Source: Bacilli bacterium | GTDB taxonomy: Bacteria; Bacillota_I; Bacilli_A; RF39; UBA660 | Assembly (NCBI GenBank): GCA_017432645.1 | Contig: JAFRIU010000032.1 | Span: 1 to 60,117 of the forward strand | Length of the DNA: 60,117 nt | Direction: 5' to 3' | Part shown: positions 39,699-48,262 of the stretch, piece after piece | Numbering within the stretch: the first letter of the stretch is position 1 | Layout: each line of letters opens with the position of its first letter | The notes under the pieces: model-generated | Database searches by the model: none | The model's input: the letters and a program-made list of their open reading frames with translations, nothing else | What the model was told of the DNA's origin: nothing | Translations under genes and position numbers: made by a program

Positions 39699-41538
39699 TT
39701 TTCCATTCCTTTTTTAGGACTTTTACCTCTCGTAGTCCGGCTAATATTTCGAGTCTTTCTTCTTGATCTTGTGACCAAAGGATATCAAAAAGAGTTTGGA
39801 ATTCTTTTCCTAATTTTTCTGTGAACTCTCTTATTTCTTCTACATGCTCTTCCTCTACTTGAGATAAAGCCATAATAGTTGCATAGCGCTCTGCAGCATT
39901 TAAATATTCTAGTTCCATTTCATTATAATTTCCCGTTAAAACGTCTCCTATCGTAATAACAGATTGTTTACAAAAATCAATGAAATCTTGAGTAATTTCT
40001 TCTCCGACTAGAGATCTTAGCATTTCTACACTGCCCGTTTGATATAAAATCTTGGAAGCCATTTCCCATTTTCTTGGATCTGCATTAGGATAATTTCCAT
40101 CATATTTACTTCTTAATGTTTCTCCTTTTCGGTATGAAATATAAGAATAGATAGCTGGATGAATGTGATTTTCTCTAGCCCACTTTAACCATTCGTTTGT
40201 TGTCGTCTTAATATATACATGAGCAAAACGATTGAAGACTGGTTCAGCGATTGGGTTGGCTGCAAGAGAGTCTTCTACTTCATTTCCAGCAGCAACTATA
40301 CGTACATTTTTTGGTAGAGGCCACTTGCCATCTAGGATTCTATCTAATACAACATTGTTTACTTTTCCTTGAATTGTTGGAGTAGCATTGGTAAATTCTT
40401 CAAAGAAAAGAATATGATTTTTTTCTGGTTCTTGTGTACAAAGATTTAGGATTCTTTGGTACCAAGTCGGTGGAATATCTCTCATTTCTCCTGTTTCCTG
40501 ATTATAAACGCTCTTTCCAATAAAACTTTCTAGACTAGCATTTTCCATGTGTATTTCTACACAATTTGGATCGATTTGTTTTACTCTAGAAGATTTTCCA
40601 GAAGAAGATGCCCCATGAATAAATAAAGGAATATCTGCTGCAATGGCTCCTATAATGATATCCTCTTCTTTTACTTTTTGAAAATTCAATTGATAAGGAT
40701 TATTTCTATTTATCATTTTTGGTAGACTTTTTCCTTTCTCCGTTGCTATAATTTCTTTGGCAAAATACTCATTCAAGAATTGATAAACTTCCGTTTGTTT
40801 AAAGTCTCCCTGATATTCTTCATTTTTACAAAAACGAATGCCAGACATTAAAATCTTTTTGCTAATGAGAAGGCCTTCTTTTTCTTCTATTATCCACTTG
40901 ATTGGAGATACTTCTAACCATAAGAAGTCTCCTTTGTGATATCTTTTTTCATTAGAAAGAATATGAGAAAATCCATTTTGATAGATAATTCTTACATATT
41001 TTTTGCCATCATATTCATATTCTTCTATTGGCTGTGGTAGGAAACTTTCTATATCATAGCCTTTTTTGCCATCTATTGTATAGCTCTTCCCGGTTTTTGT
41101 TAGTTCTTGTTTTTGATATTTTTCTTCTAGTGTTGCCGTTAATCTACCTACTGCATCTTGTGGATATTCTCCAAATTCTACTTCCATGCAATCTTCTAAA
41201 TTTAAAATGGGGCATCTAAAAGAATCTCTTAAATCATTACTATATAGTACTGGTCTAATAGACATCGAACGACTTCCTGATAAACACCAACTTCTATTTC
41301 CTCTGTAGTCTATCATACTGACATTGGCAGAGCCTTCTTTAGAAGCCAGGGCATAACAGGTACTTAGTCTTCCTTTGGGTGATTTATCATGTTCTAAGTG
41401 TTCTTCACATACTGATGCTCCTAAAGCAATCGCTAAGTCAGTTATAGAGCATTGATTCTTTGTTTTAGTAATCGTTTCTAATTTGTTTGTTCCAAAGACC
41501 TGTTTATCAGATAGAAGTGTACATTCTTTTATCTCCAT
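39691..41538 (-). CDS. MoxR-type AAA+ ATPase fused to an N-terminal DUF6273-like domain
   Basis: GASSSGKS, ILFFEEFTNA, IVAAGN, NRFAH, DPRKWE; N-terminal SIRPV...FGEYPQ...EVSPIKW. Confidence 0.85.
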   Translation of the reverse strand: MEIKECTLLSDKQVFGTNKLETITKTKNQCSITDLAIALGASVCEEHLEHDKSPKGRLSTCYALASKEGSANVSMIDYRGNRSWCLSGSRSMSIRPVLYSNDLRDSFRCPILNLEDCMEVEFGEYPQDAVGRLTATLEEKYQKQELTKTGKSYTIDGKKGYDIESFLPQPIEEYEYDGKKYVRIIYQNGFSHILSNEKRYHKGDFLWLEVSPIKWIIEEKEGLLISKKILMSGIRFCKNEEYQGDFKQTEVYQFLNEYFAKEIIATEKGKSLPKMINRNNPYQLNFQKVKEEDIIIGAIAADIPLFIHGASSSGKSSRVKQIDPNCVEIHMENASLESFIGKSVYNQETGEMRDIPPTWYQRILNLCTQEPEKNHILFFEEFTNATPTIQGKVNNVVLDRILDGKWPLPKNVRIVAAGNEVEDSLAANPIAEPVFNRFAHVYIKTTTNEWLKWARENHIHPAIYSYISYRKGETLRSKYDGNYPNADPRKWEMASKILYQTGSVEMLRSLVGEEITQDFIDFCKQSVITIGDVLTGNYNEMELEYLNAAERYATIMALSQVEEEHVEEIREFTEKLGKEFQTLFDILWSQDQEERLEILAGLREVKVLKKEWKNV

Positions 41539-41599
41539 AAAAAAAGCCCCCTTATATGGGGGTTATTATAACATACTCATGATGGAAATGCTATTCTTT

Positions 41600-42637
41600 T
41601 TATACCTTTTCTATGATTTTTATTTTCTTTTTAACAGGTAGATTTTCTCCATTATCATAGGATAAGAAACAATGCTTTGAGAAACTATCAAGAGGATTTC
41701 CTTCTTGAAAGATATTTACCGTGTAATAGTCGGATAGTTCATATAGCTTGGGTATAATTCCATCTTTTTTTAGTTTCAGTCTAAAAATACCATATAGTTC
41801 ATCATAGTATGGATATGCCGGATCTAACTTTCTACATAATTCCATCATATAAAGAGCCGTATATCGATGGCCATAGCAGATTTCTCCTTTGCCGTTCTCT
41901 TTTAATACTTTTTTTACAGTACTCTCTACCCAATCATTTACTTTAGAAACAGTATCTAGTCTTGGTATTTTTTGATAGAACTGTAAAACATTATCCAATA
42001 GAAGCAAATCATATTGAGTAGTAAAATGTTCTTTAATATCTACAACATCGCACAATTGATAATTTAAATAAACTTCTTTTGAAAGCAAAAGATTTTTAAT
42101 TTGATAGAATTCTTTCTCATTATACAGAGAAGAATGCCTTTCCAGTAGCTCTCTATTAGCATTTAAATCATTGAATAATCTGGATTGAATGATTTCTTCT
42201 CTTGAGTAAATCTCTAATAGTTTTTTGAAATACTCTGTCGCTACTGTATCTTCTTTCTTTAATAATTCTTTAATATCTATGAATAGATTTTTTTTCTCAA
42301 ATTCATTATTAGAAAAATACGTTGTGAAATTATGAATGAATTGCTCAAAAGAAAATGTTCTGATTCCTAAATTAATTAATTCATAATACAAATACTGGAG
42401 AATATTGATATCAAATAAATCAATTTCTTTTGCACCATATAGCATAGCTTCATATGCGTAGGCACCCATTGCACCTATTGTTAAAACTTTCTCATTTTGA
42501 TGATATTCTCGTAATACGGATTTTACGTTACCAGTTGGCGAAACATAGACCGATGAGTATTTTCCAAATGGAACGGCTTGATCTTTTTTTAGGATTTCTT
42601 GTGTTGCATCTAATGCTTCAACTAGGTTGATTTCCAT
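41600..42637 (-). CDS. SAM-dependent methyltransferase-like protein (DUF3419-like, degenerate)
   Basis: KVLTIGAMG...GAKEIDLFDIN...YDLLLLDN pattern. Confidence 0.6.
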   Translation of the reverse strand: MEINLVEALDATQEILKKDQAVPFGKYSSVYVSPTGNVKSVLREYHQNEKVLTIGAMGAYAYEAMLYGAKEIDLFDINILQYLYYELINLGIRTFSFEQFIHNFTTYFSNNEFEKKNLFIDIKELLKKEDTVATEYFKKLLEIYSREEIIQSRLFNDLNANRELLERHSSLYNEKEFYQIKNLLLSKEVYLNYQLCDVVDIKEHFTTQYDLLLLDNVLQFYQKIPRLDTVSKVNDWVESTVKKVLKENGKGEICYGHRYTALYMMELCRKLDPAYPYYDELYGIFRLKLKKDGIIPKLYELSDYYTVNIFQEGNPLDSFSKHCFLSYDNGENLPVKKKIKIIEKV

Positions 42638-42697
42638 ACGTTTTCTTCCTTTCTTCGTTGTCATATCCTATCATTTCGATTTGGTTTTGTCAAATTC

Positions 42698-43615
42698 TTA
42701 TCGATGAGCTTTTCCAATGATTTTTCTTAAACATTTAATATCATACTTTTCCATTGTAGCGGGTAGGTCATCAATTATTTCTGAGCAAGCCCATGGATTT
42801 ACCAGATTGGCTGCTCCTATTTCAATAGCTGTTGCGCCTGCATACATCATTTCCAGTACTTTTTCGGCACTATCAATTCCTCCTACTCCGATAATAGGAA
42901 TCTTTACCTGTTCATATACTTGGTATACCATTCTTTCTGCAATCGGAAAAATGGCCGGACCAGAACAGCCTCCCATAATTTTACTTAGTATTGGTTTGCC
43001 AGTTTTTAGGTCAATTCTCATTCCTTGAAGGGTGTTGATTAATACCAAGCCGTCTGCTTCTGCCTCTTCACAGGCAATCGCAATTTCTACAATATCTGTG
43101 ACGTTGGGTGAAAGTTTTACATAGACTGGTTTTTTCGTTACTTTTTTCACTTCTTTTACGATTTCTTTTACTAGTTGAGGATTGGTTCCAAAAGGAATCT
43201 TTCCTCCATGAACATTGGGACAGCTTACATTTAACTCTATAATTCCAACTTGGTCACAAGTATTTATTAATTGGCAGTTATAAATAAAATCTTCTAGGGA
43301 ATTTCCTCCAATATTCGCAATTACCTTTTTATGAAACACTTCTTTTATTTTTGGTAATTCTTCTTCGATTACTTTATGAATGCCAGGATTTTCTAGTCCT
43401 ACAGAGTTAATTAGTCCCGAATCATATTCTGCTACTCGTGGTAGAGGATTTCCTTTTTGAGGATATTTAGTGGTTCCCTTAAAGGAGAAGCTTCCTAGTT
43501 TGTTGATGTCATAGAACTCTTGAAATTCATACCCATAACTAAAAGTTCCACTAGCTGGGATGATAGGATTATCTAGTTCCCAACCACTTAATGTTACTTT
43601 TGTATCTTTTTCCAT
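42698..43615 (-). CDS. pyrD: Dihydroorotate dehydrogenase B, catalytic subunit
   Basis: NPIIPASGT, NSVGLENPG, ELNVSCPNV, VKLSPNV, LINT. Confidence 0.96.
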   Translation of the reverse strand: MEKDTKVTLSGWELDNPIIPASGTFSYGYEFQEFYDINKLGSFSFKGTTKYPQKGNPLPRVAEYDSGLINSVGLENPGIHKVIEEELPKIKEVFHKKVIANIGGNSLEDFIYNCQLINTCDQVGIIELNVSCPNVHGGKIPFGTNPQLVKEIVKEVKKVTKKPVYVKLSPNVTDIVEIAIACEEAEADGLVLINTLQGMRIDLKTGKPILSKIMGGCSGPAIFPIAERMVYQVYEQVKIPIIGVGGIDSAEKVLEMMYAGATAIEIGAANLVNPWACSEIIDDLPATMEKYDIKCLRKIIGKAHR

Positions 43616-44337
43616 TACCATTTCACCAACCTTTTCTTTAAAACCGGGCCTTCTTTGCAAAGTGTTTTCATTCCTTCTGTTGTTTCTGTACTACAGCATT
43701 TACATTGTCCAATCCCACAAGCCATTCTACTTTCTAGACTCACTTCTCCATCTATTTCAGTCAATTCTGATATAGCCTTTAACATCGGCTTTGGCCCACA
43801 TGCATAAAAGTAATCATAATTATTTTCTTTTAAATAATCTGTTACAAGTAAGTGATCACTCTCATAAGCAATCTGACAATTTTTGAATGATCGAAATTTT
43901 TCTAAATAAATACTCTCTTCTTTGGTGCGAAAGCCTAGAATAATTCTTGGATCTATCCCTTTTTCTAGTAATTTGCGAGCTAGATAATAGATTGGAGCTA
44001 CTCCCGTTCCGCCTCCAATTAAAACTGGTTTTGTTGTCTTTTCATCTAAATCAAAACCATTTCCTAATCCTGTTAATACTTTTAAATTATTCCCTACTTT
44101 TTCTTTGGATAATGTCTCGGTTCCTCTTCCTACTACTTTGTATACAATGTGTATTTGATTTTTATCAAAATCTGCGATAGAAAAAGGCCTAGCTAAGAAC
44201 TGATTTGGTATTCTGACGTTTACAAATTGTCCTGGCTGAATATCAACATTCTCTCCTTCTAGAAGAATTTCATAAATGTTTTTATTAATCTCCTGGTTTC
44301 CTGCAATTTCGTATTCTCCCCATTTTTTCTTATTCAT
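43615..44337 (-). CDS. pyrK: Dihydroorotate dehydrogenase electron transfer subunit
   Basis: PGQF, RPFSI, GGGTGVAP, ACGP, MACGIGQCKCC...LCKEGPV. Confidence 0.95.
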   Translation of the reverse strand: MNKKKWGEYEIAGNQEINKNIYEILLEGENVDIQPGQFVNVRIPNQFLARPFSIADFDKNQIHIVYKVVGRGTETLSKEKVGNNLKVLTGLGNGFDLDEKTTKPVLIGGGTGVAPIYYLARKLLEKGIDPRIILGFRTKEESIYLEKFRSFKNCQIAYESDHLLVTDYLKENNYDYFYACGPKPMLKAISELTEIDGEVSLESRMACGIGQCKCCSTETTEGMKTLCKEGPVLKKRLVKW

Positions 44338-44365
44338 ATTTCCTCCTATTTCATAGAGTTAGGCA

Positions 44366-44403
44366 AAAAAATAAGACAACCTATTTTATAGTTTGTCTTA
44401 TTT
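44366..44403 (-). terminator. Attenuator terminator in the pyrK leader
   Basis: AATAAGACAAAC-TATAAAATAG-GTTGTCTTATTTTTTT between promoter and pyrK RBS. Confidence 0.8.
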
Positions 44404-44484
44404 ATTTTTGAAAAACAAAAAGGAAAAAGAAGAAGTCTTCTGCATCAAAGAATATAGTGCTTTTCTTTCATTTTCTCTATTCAT
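44398..44484 (-). CDS. Putative 28-aa pyr leader peptide MNRENERKALYSLMQKTSSFSFLFFKNK
   Basis: GAGGG RBS, open frame through a U/C tract, stop codon within the 5' arm of the terminator. Confidence 0.6.
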   Translation of the reverse strand: MNRENERKALYSLMQKTSSFSFLFFKNK

Positions 44485-44514
44485 TTTATCCCTCTTCATT
44501 TTTAGCCTAGAATA

Positions 44515-44543
44515 ATGATATAGCGATTCTTTCTCTCTGTCAA
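44515..44543 (-). promoter_or_regulatory. Sigma-A promoter of the leader-pyrK-pyrD unit
   Basis: TTGACA-N17-TATCAT. Confidence 0.8.
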
Positions 44544-44558
44544 TTAGTTTTCCTATTC

Positions 44559-45929
44559 TTAAGAGTGCTTTGCGTCAATTGTTTCATATAGAATACATTG
44601 ATTGTCTTTTAATCTTGTGTTTTCTTGTAGGCAAACGAGTCCATCTTCTTTTTCAGCTGTTTGACTTTGGTCAATGCATCTTTCATTTTCTAACATTGTA
44701 TAGCCTGTTGGGCAATATTTATTATGTCGAGTTTCTTCTTTTTCTATTTTGACGCATTGATCTTCTTCTTGCGTAAAATCCTTTGGACAAGTGTATCCTG
44801 TAATGGTTGGTTCTAGGTAAGTAAAGGTATCTGGGCATAAATCTACATAGATATCTTTTGATTTCTCATAGATTTGTCCATTTGGGCAAACCCATTGATC
44901 TCCATCATCTGGAGAGTAACATCCTCCATTTACTAATGGATCTCCGTTTAGGCATCCTCCATTGATGACTGGTGCTGGTCCAACGTAACATTTTCCTTCA
45001 ATCATTATATGATTAATCGTAAGACATCTTAGTGTTGGTTCCTGTCCAGTAGATTTATCTATACAATACATTTTATCGTTATCTATTGCACCTACAGGAC
45101 TTACATCACCTTTTCTTAATAATTCGCCTCTTTCGCAAGTATATTCTTCTTCTAAAGAAGCAGTTTCTCTATGAATGCACTGATTGTCTTCTAATAGGAA
45201 TCCCTCTCTACAAACAAGCTCATTTCCTTCTTCCGATGGGACTTCCAAATAGCATTTTTCTTCATATTCATAATATCCTGTTGGGCATATTTTTCCTGTA
45301 GAAGTAGCCGCTACTCCTATTTCTCTTGAACAAAAATGCCCTTCTAGATGATATCCTTCCTCACAATATCTACCTGTTTTTTGGGTCTCTTGCAATTCTT
45401 TTATGGATTTGTCTAATAAACTCGTTGTGGAAATTTTCTCATTTTCCTTAGTAATAGATTGAATATATGCTGCTTTGGCTGGAGTTATATGGTTCTTTTT
45501 AGCAAACTTCTCATCCTCTTTGGTAATGTTTTCTATGACGATGATTTCAGTCGCGAAATTCTTTTCTTGGAAACTTTTATTAATTACTTCATTTATTTTT
45601 TCTTTGTTTTCCTTACCTTTGAAGGAAATAAGAATTATTACTTTTCCATCTTCTATATAGTCTTTTTTAATTACTTTTTCGGCAATCGTACCAAAAACTT
45701 CTTCGATGGATTTTCCGTTTAGATCTTTATTAATTAGCTCTTTGGCATCTTCATTTAGGGCTATAATATTTCTTACTTTCTCATTCTTTCCTAGATGAAT
45801 TTCCATACTAGGGTTAATATCCAAAGTTATCGTTAAAGCTGTTCTATTATTGATTAGAATGATTGTAAGAATTCCAACTAATAGAAGGAAAACTATGATT
45901 CCTATTGAGATTAATCTTTTCTTTTCCAT
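44559..45929 (-). CDS. Membrane-anchored protein with RsgI-like (DINPS) domain and Cys-rich CxxG[YF]..C repeats
   Basis: TM, ITLDINPSMEIHL...ALNEDAKELI, then about ten paired-Cys repeats. Confidence 0.78.
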   Translation of the reverse strand: MEKKRLISIGIIVFLLLVGILTIILINNRTALTITLDINPSMEIHLGKNEKVRNIIALNEDAKELINKDLNGKSIEEVFGTIAEKVIKKDYIEDGKVIILISFKGKENKEKINEVINKSFQEKNFATEIIVIENITKEDEKFAKKNHITPAKAAYIQSITKENEKISTTSLLDKSIKELQETQKTGRYCEEGYHLEGHFCSREIGVAATSTGKICPTGYYEYEEKCYLEVPSEEGNELVCREGFLLEDNQCIHRETASLEEEYTCERGELLRKGDVSPVGAIDNDKMYCIDKSTGQEPTLRCLTINHIMIEGKCYVGPAPVINGGCLNGDPLVNGGCYSPDDGDQWVCPNGQIYEKSKDIYVDLCPDTFTYLEPTITGYTCPKDFTQEEDQCVKIEKEETRHNKYCPTGYTMLENERCIDQSQTAEKEDGLVCLQENTRLKDNQCILYETIDAKHS

Positions 45930-46005
45930 ATTCTCACCTATTATTATTTTAACAGATTTTATTCTTTTTGAAATACTTTTCCAAAGAAAAAGTAGTGTTG
46001 ATGCA

Positions 46006-46650
46006 CTACTTATTTGATTCTTTTTTTGCTTCTTCATAACTCTTCATTTTTATCGTAGAAGAAGAAAATTCTTTTTTTACTCTTTCATACTTTTTTGGAT
46101 CTATTCCTGACTGATTAATAAAGTCTATGTCTTTTAAATCTTTTTCTCGGATACTTGGTACTCCGTATTTTTCAACGGCTAATTCTTTACTTGCTTTTAT
46201 AAACTCAAGAGTTACAGAAAATGTATCTACTCCATCTATTTGCACAGGAATGATAAGATCGGTTAACTCCACAAAAGGAATGGATTCTACTCCTACTATT
46301 TCTAAATTAGGACTGAAACTTTTTCTTATCAAAACATTTTCTTCAATCGTTACTGGTTCAAATTCTACGTAAACGTCATCTATGAATACCTTTAGGCCAT
46401 AGTCTCCTGAAAAGCCCAAATTTAGAGAGTCTCTTTTTGGTCGATATAATTGGTGTGCTTTTAAAAGTTTTCTTAATTCTTCCATGTAAGAAGCATCTAC
46501 TAATACGTCTATGTCAGAATGCTCTCTCTCCGATTCTTCCCCTTCTAAAATATAGGGCATAGCCCCTCCAAAGAAGTAAAGATGCTTTCCTATACCTTCT
46601 ACACTTAGAATCTTGTTGATTACGTCTTTTATTTGCTGCAATGTTGTCAT
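46006..46650 (-). CDS. Nucleotidyltransferase (Pol-beta superfamily, LnuA/AadB-like)
   Basis: YFFGG...REHSDIDVLV and REKDLKDI motifs; GAGG RBS before ATG 46650. Confidence 0.72.
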   Translation of the reverse strand: MTTLQQIKDVINKILSVEGIGKHLYFFGGAMPYILEGEESEREHSDIDVLVDASYMEELRKLLKAHQLYRPKRDSLNLGFSGDYGLKVFIDDVYVEFEPVTIEENVLIRKSFSPNLEIVGVESIPFVELTDLIIPVQIDGVDTFSVTLEFIKASKELAVEKYGVPSIREKDLKDIDFINQSGIDPKKYERVKKEFSSSTIKMKSYEEAKKESNK

Positions 46651-46660
46651 ATTTGCCTCA

Positions 46661-47260
46661 TTATAGAGAATAGTTATCTGTATCAGAAGTTGGTTTAACA
46701 AGAGGACAAATATTTTCCACAATATCTTGAATTCTTTGAATTGAATTCTTAACAATCCAATTACATAATGGATAAGCAACCTTTTTTACTTCATCACTTG
46801 CTTTATTGTAAGCATTTACTAGGGAAATTACCTCTTCACGATTGTCATGTTTAAAGTCTTTTTTAGCAAGGAATTCTTGGTCTTCTTGTTCCATCATGAT
46901 ATCTCCACCAAAACCTCTTTTTCTACTATTATAGATAAAGAAAGCAATACTTTGAATTTTACATAGTAAATTCTTTTCCTCTTCACTTTCTACTAGTAGG
47001 CCATTTCTTACTGCTTCAAAAGAAGCTTTACTTTCTGGTACAACAGATTGAAATTCTGTAATAGATTGATTTCTTAATTCTATCATTCTTTCTATAGAAG
47101 CATCTAATTCCTCATTTTGTCCTTCAACCTCTCTTAAAAGATTCCTTTTTAACATCTGATCCATGATTTCATACATATTGGCATTTCCAATTTTAGATTG
47201 ATTTTCCTCAATCCATCCATTGATACCATCTACATTTCTTTTTAGTTCTAAACTATTCAT
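46661..47260 (-). CDS. Hypothetical helical protein
   Basis: 199-aa ORF with AAGGA RBS, tightly spaced between neighbours. Confidence 0.72.
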   Translation of the reverse strand: MNSLELKRNVDGINGWIEENQSKIGNANMYEIMDQMLKRNLLREVEGQNEELDASIERMIELRNQSITEFQSVVPESKASFEAVRNGLLVESEEEKNLLCKIQSIAFFIYNSRKRGFGGDIMMEQEDQEFLAKKDFKHDNREEVISLVNAYNKASDEVKKVAYPLCNWIVKNSIQRIQDIVENICPLVKPTSDTDNYSL

Positions 47261-47277
47261 ATTTCTACTTCCTTTCT

Positions 47278-48210
47278 TTATCTTAGTTTAGCAGTTTCTT
47301 CTGGTGTAATACAAGCAAATTTTCTAATTGGATCTCCTGGATTAGTAAGATTTAGGATCGTCGCAACCATTTTTTCACGATCAAAAGTAACTAATATTTC
47401 TTCTAGATCAAAACCTTTGTGATTTGCTTTTTCTCTTAATATGACATAGGAAGCTGTATCTGTTCTATCTTCCCTATATGCCATTCCCGCTGCTCGAATA
47501 GAATAAAAGGATGGTCTTTTTTCTCCATCATTTGGATCATATAATTTCCAATGTACATGTCCTTGGATAATCGCATCGAAGAAGTCCATTGTTTTGCCTC
47601 CAAATAGTGGATCTCTTCTTGCATCTAATACTCCCCTTATTCTTGGATCTTCCATAGAATGCCTTTCTAGTATTTCATCCATTTCCTCTTGTGATTCTTT
47701 TGTATTTGTTACCATAAACTGTTGGAAAGCATTGGGATCTAGTCTTCTTCCTGTTCTAGAAAAATCAAAGCCTCCTTGGTAAGTCCAAGTGCTATGACTA
47801 CCAAAATCCCATCTAACATCATTGGCAAAGTGACATAATCCTATATTTTGTCCACCTAGCGTTAGTTCTATAAAATGGGGATAAAGTTCTATAATTCCTC
47901 TTTCTTGTTCTCCTAACTTTCCTAATGTCCACAAACTTCTTGCCTTCTTGTCTCCATATACATAAGGAAAAGGTGCCAATCCCAATCTAACATATTCTTC
48001 TGCATTTCCCGCAATAGATATGACACCATTTTCCTCTAGTAAATTCACTACTTCGGCAGGATTTGGTCCCTCGCCAATATTATCTCCTAAAGAAAAGACT
48101 TCTGTAATTCCTCTTCTTCGAATATCTTCTAAAATTGCTTCTAATGGCTCTAAAAGACCATGCACATCGGTCAAGATGGCAACTTGTCTTCCTGTATATT
48201 TTGTTTCCAT
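47278..48210 (-). CDS. Calcineurin-like metallophosphoesterase
   Basis: TDVHG, LGDNIG, AGNAE (GNH variant), LCH, QGHVH. Confidence 0.88.
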   Translation of the reverse strand: METKYTGRQVAILTDVHGLLEPLEAILEDIRRRGITEVFSLGDNIGEGPNPAEVVNLLEENGVISIAGNAEEYVRLGLAPFPYVYGDKKARSLWTLGKLGEQERGIIELYPHFIELTLGGQNIGLCHFANDVRWDFGSHSTWTYQGGFDFSRTGRRLDPNAFQQFMVTNTKESQEEMDEILERHSMEDPRIRGVLDARRDPLFGGKTMDFFDAIIQGHVHWKLYDPNDGEKRPSFYSIRAAGMAYREDRTDTASYVILREKANHKGFDLEEILVTFDREKMVATILNLTNPGDPIRKFACITPEETAKLR

Positions 48211-48262
48211 ATTCACTCCTTATATGTGCTGTATTGTATCATGTTTTTTTGATTTTGTATAT

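Noticed and set aside
44340-44510. PyrR-binding RNA element
   Set aside because: No AGUCC...GAGG consensus loop or anti-antiterminator is present
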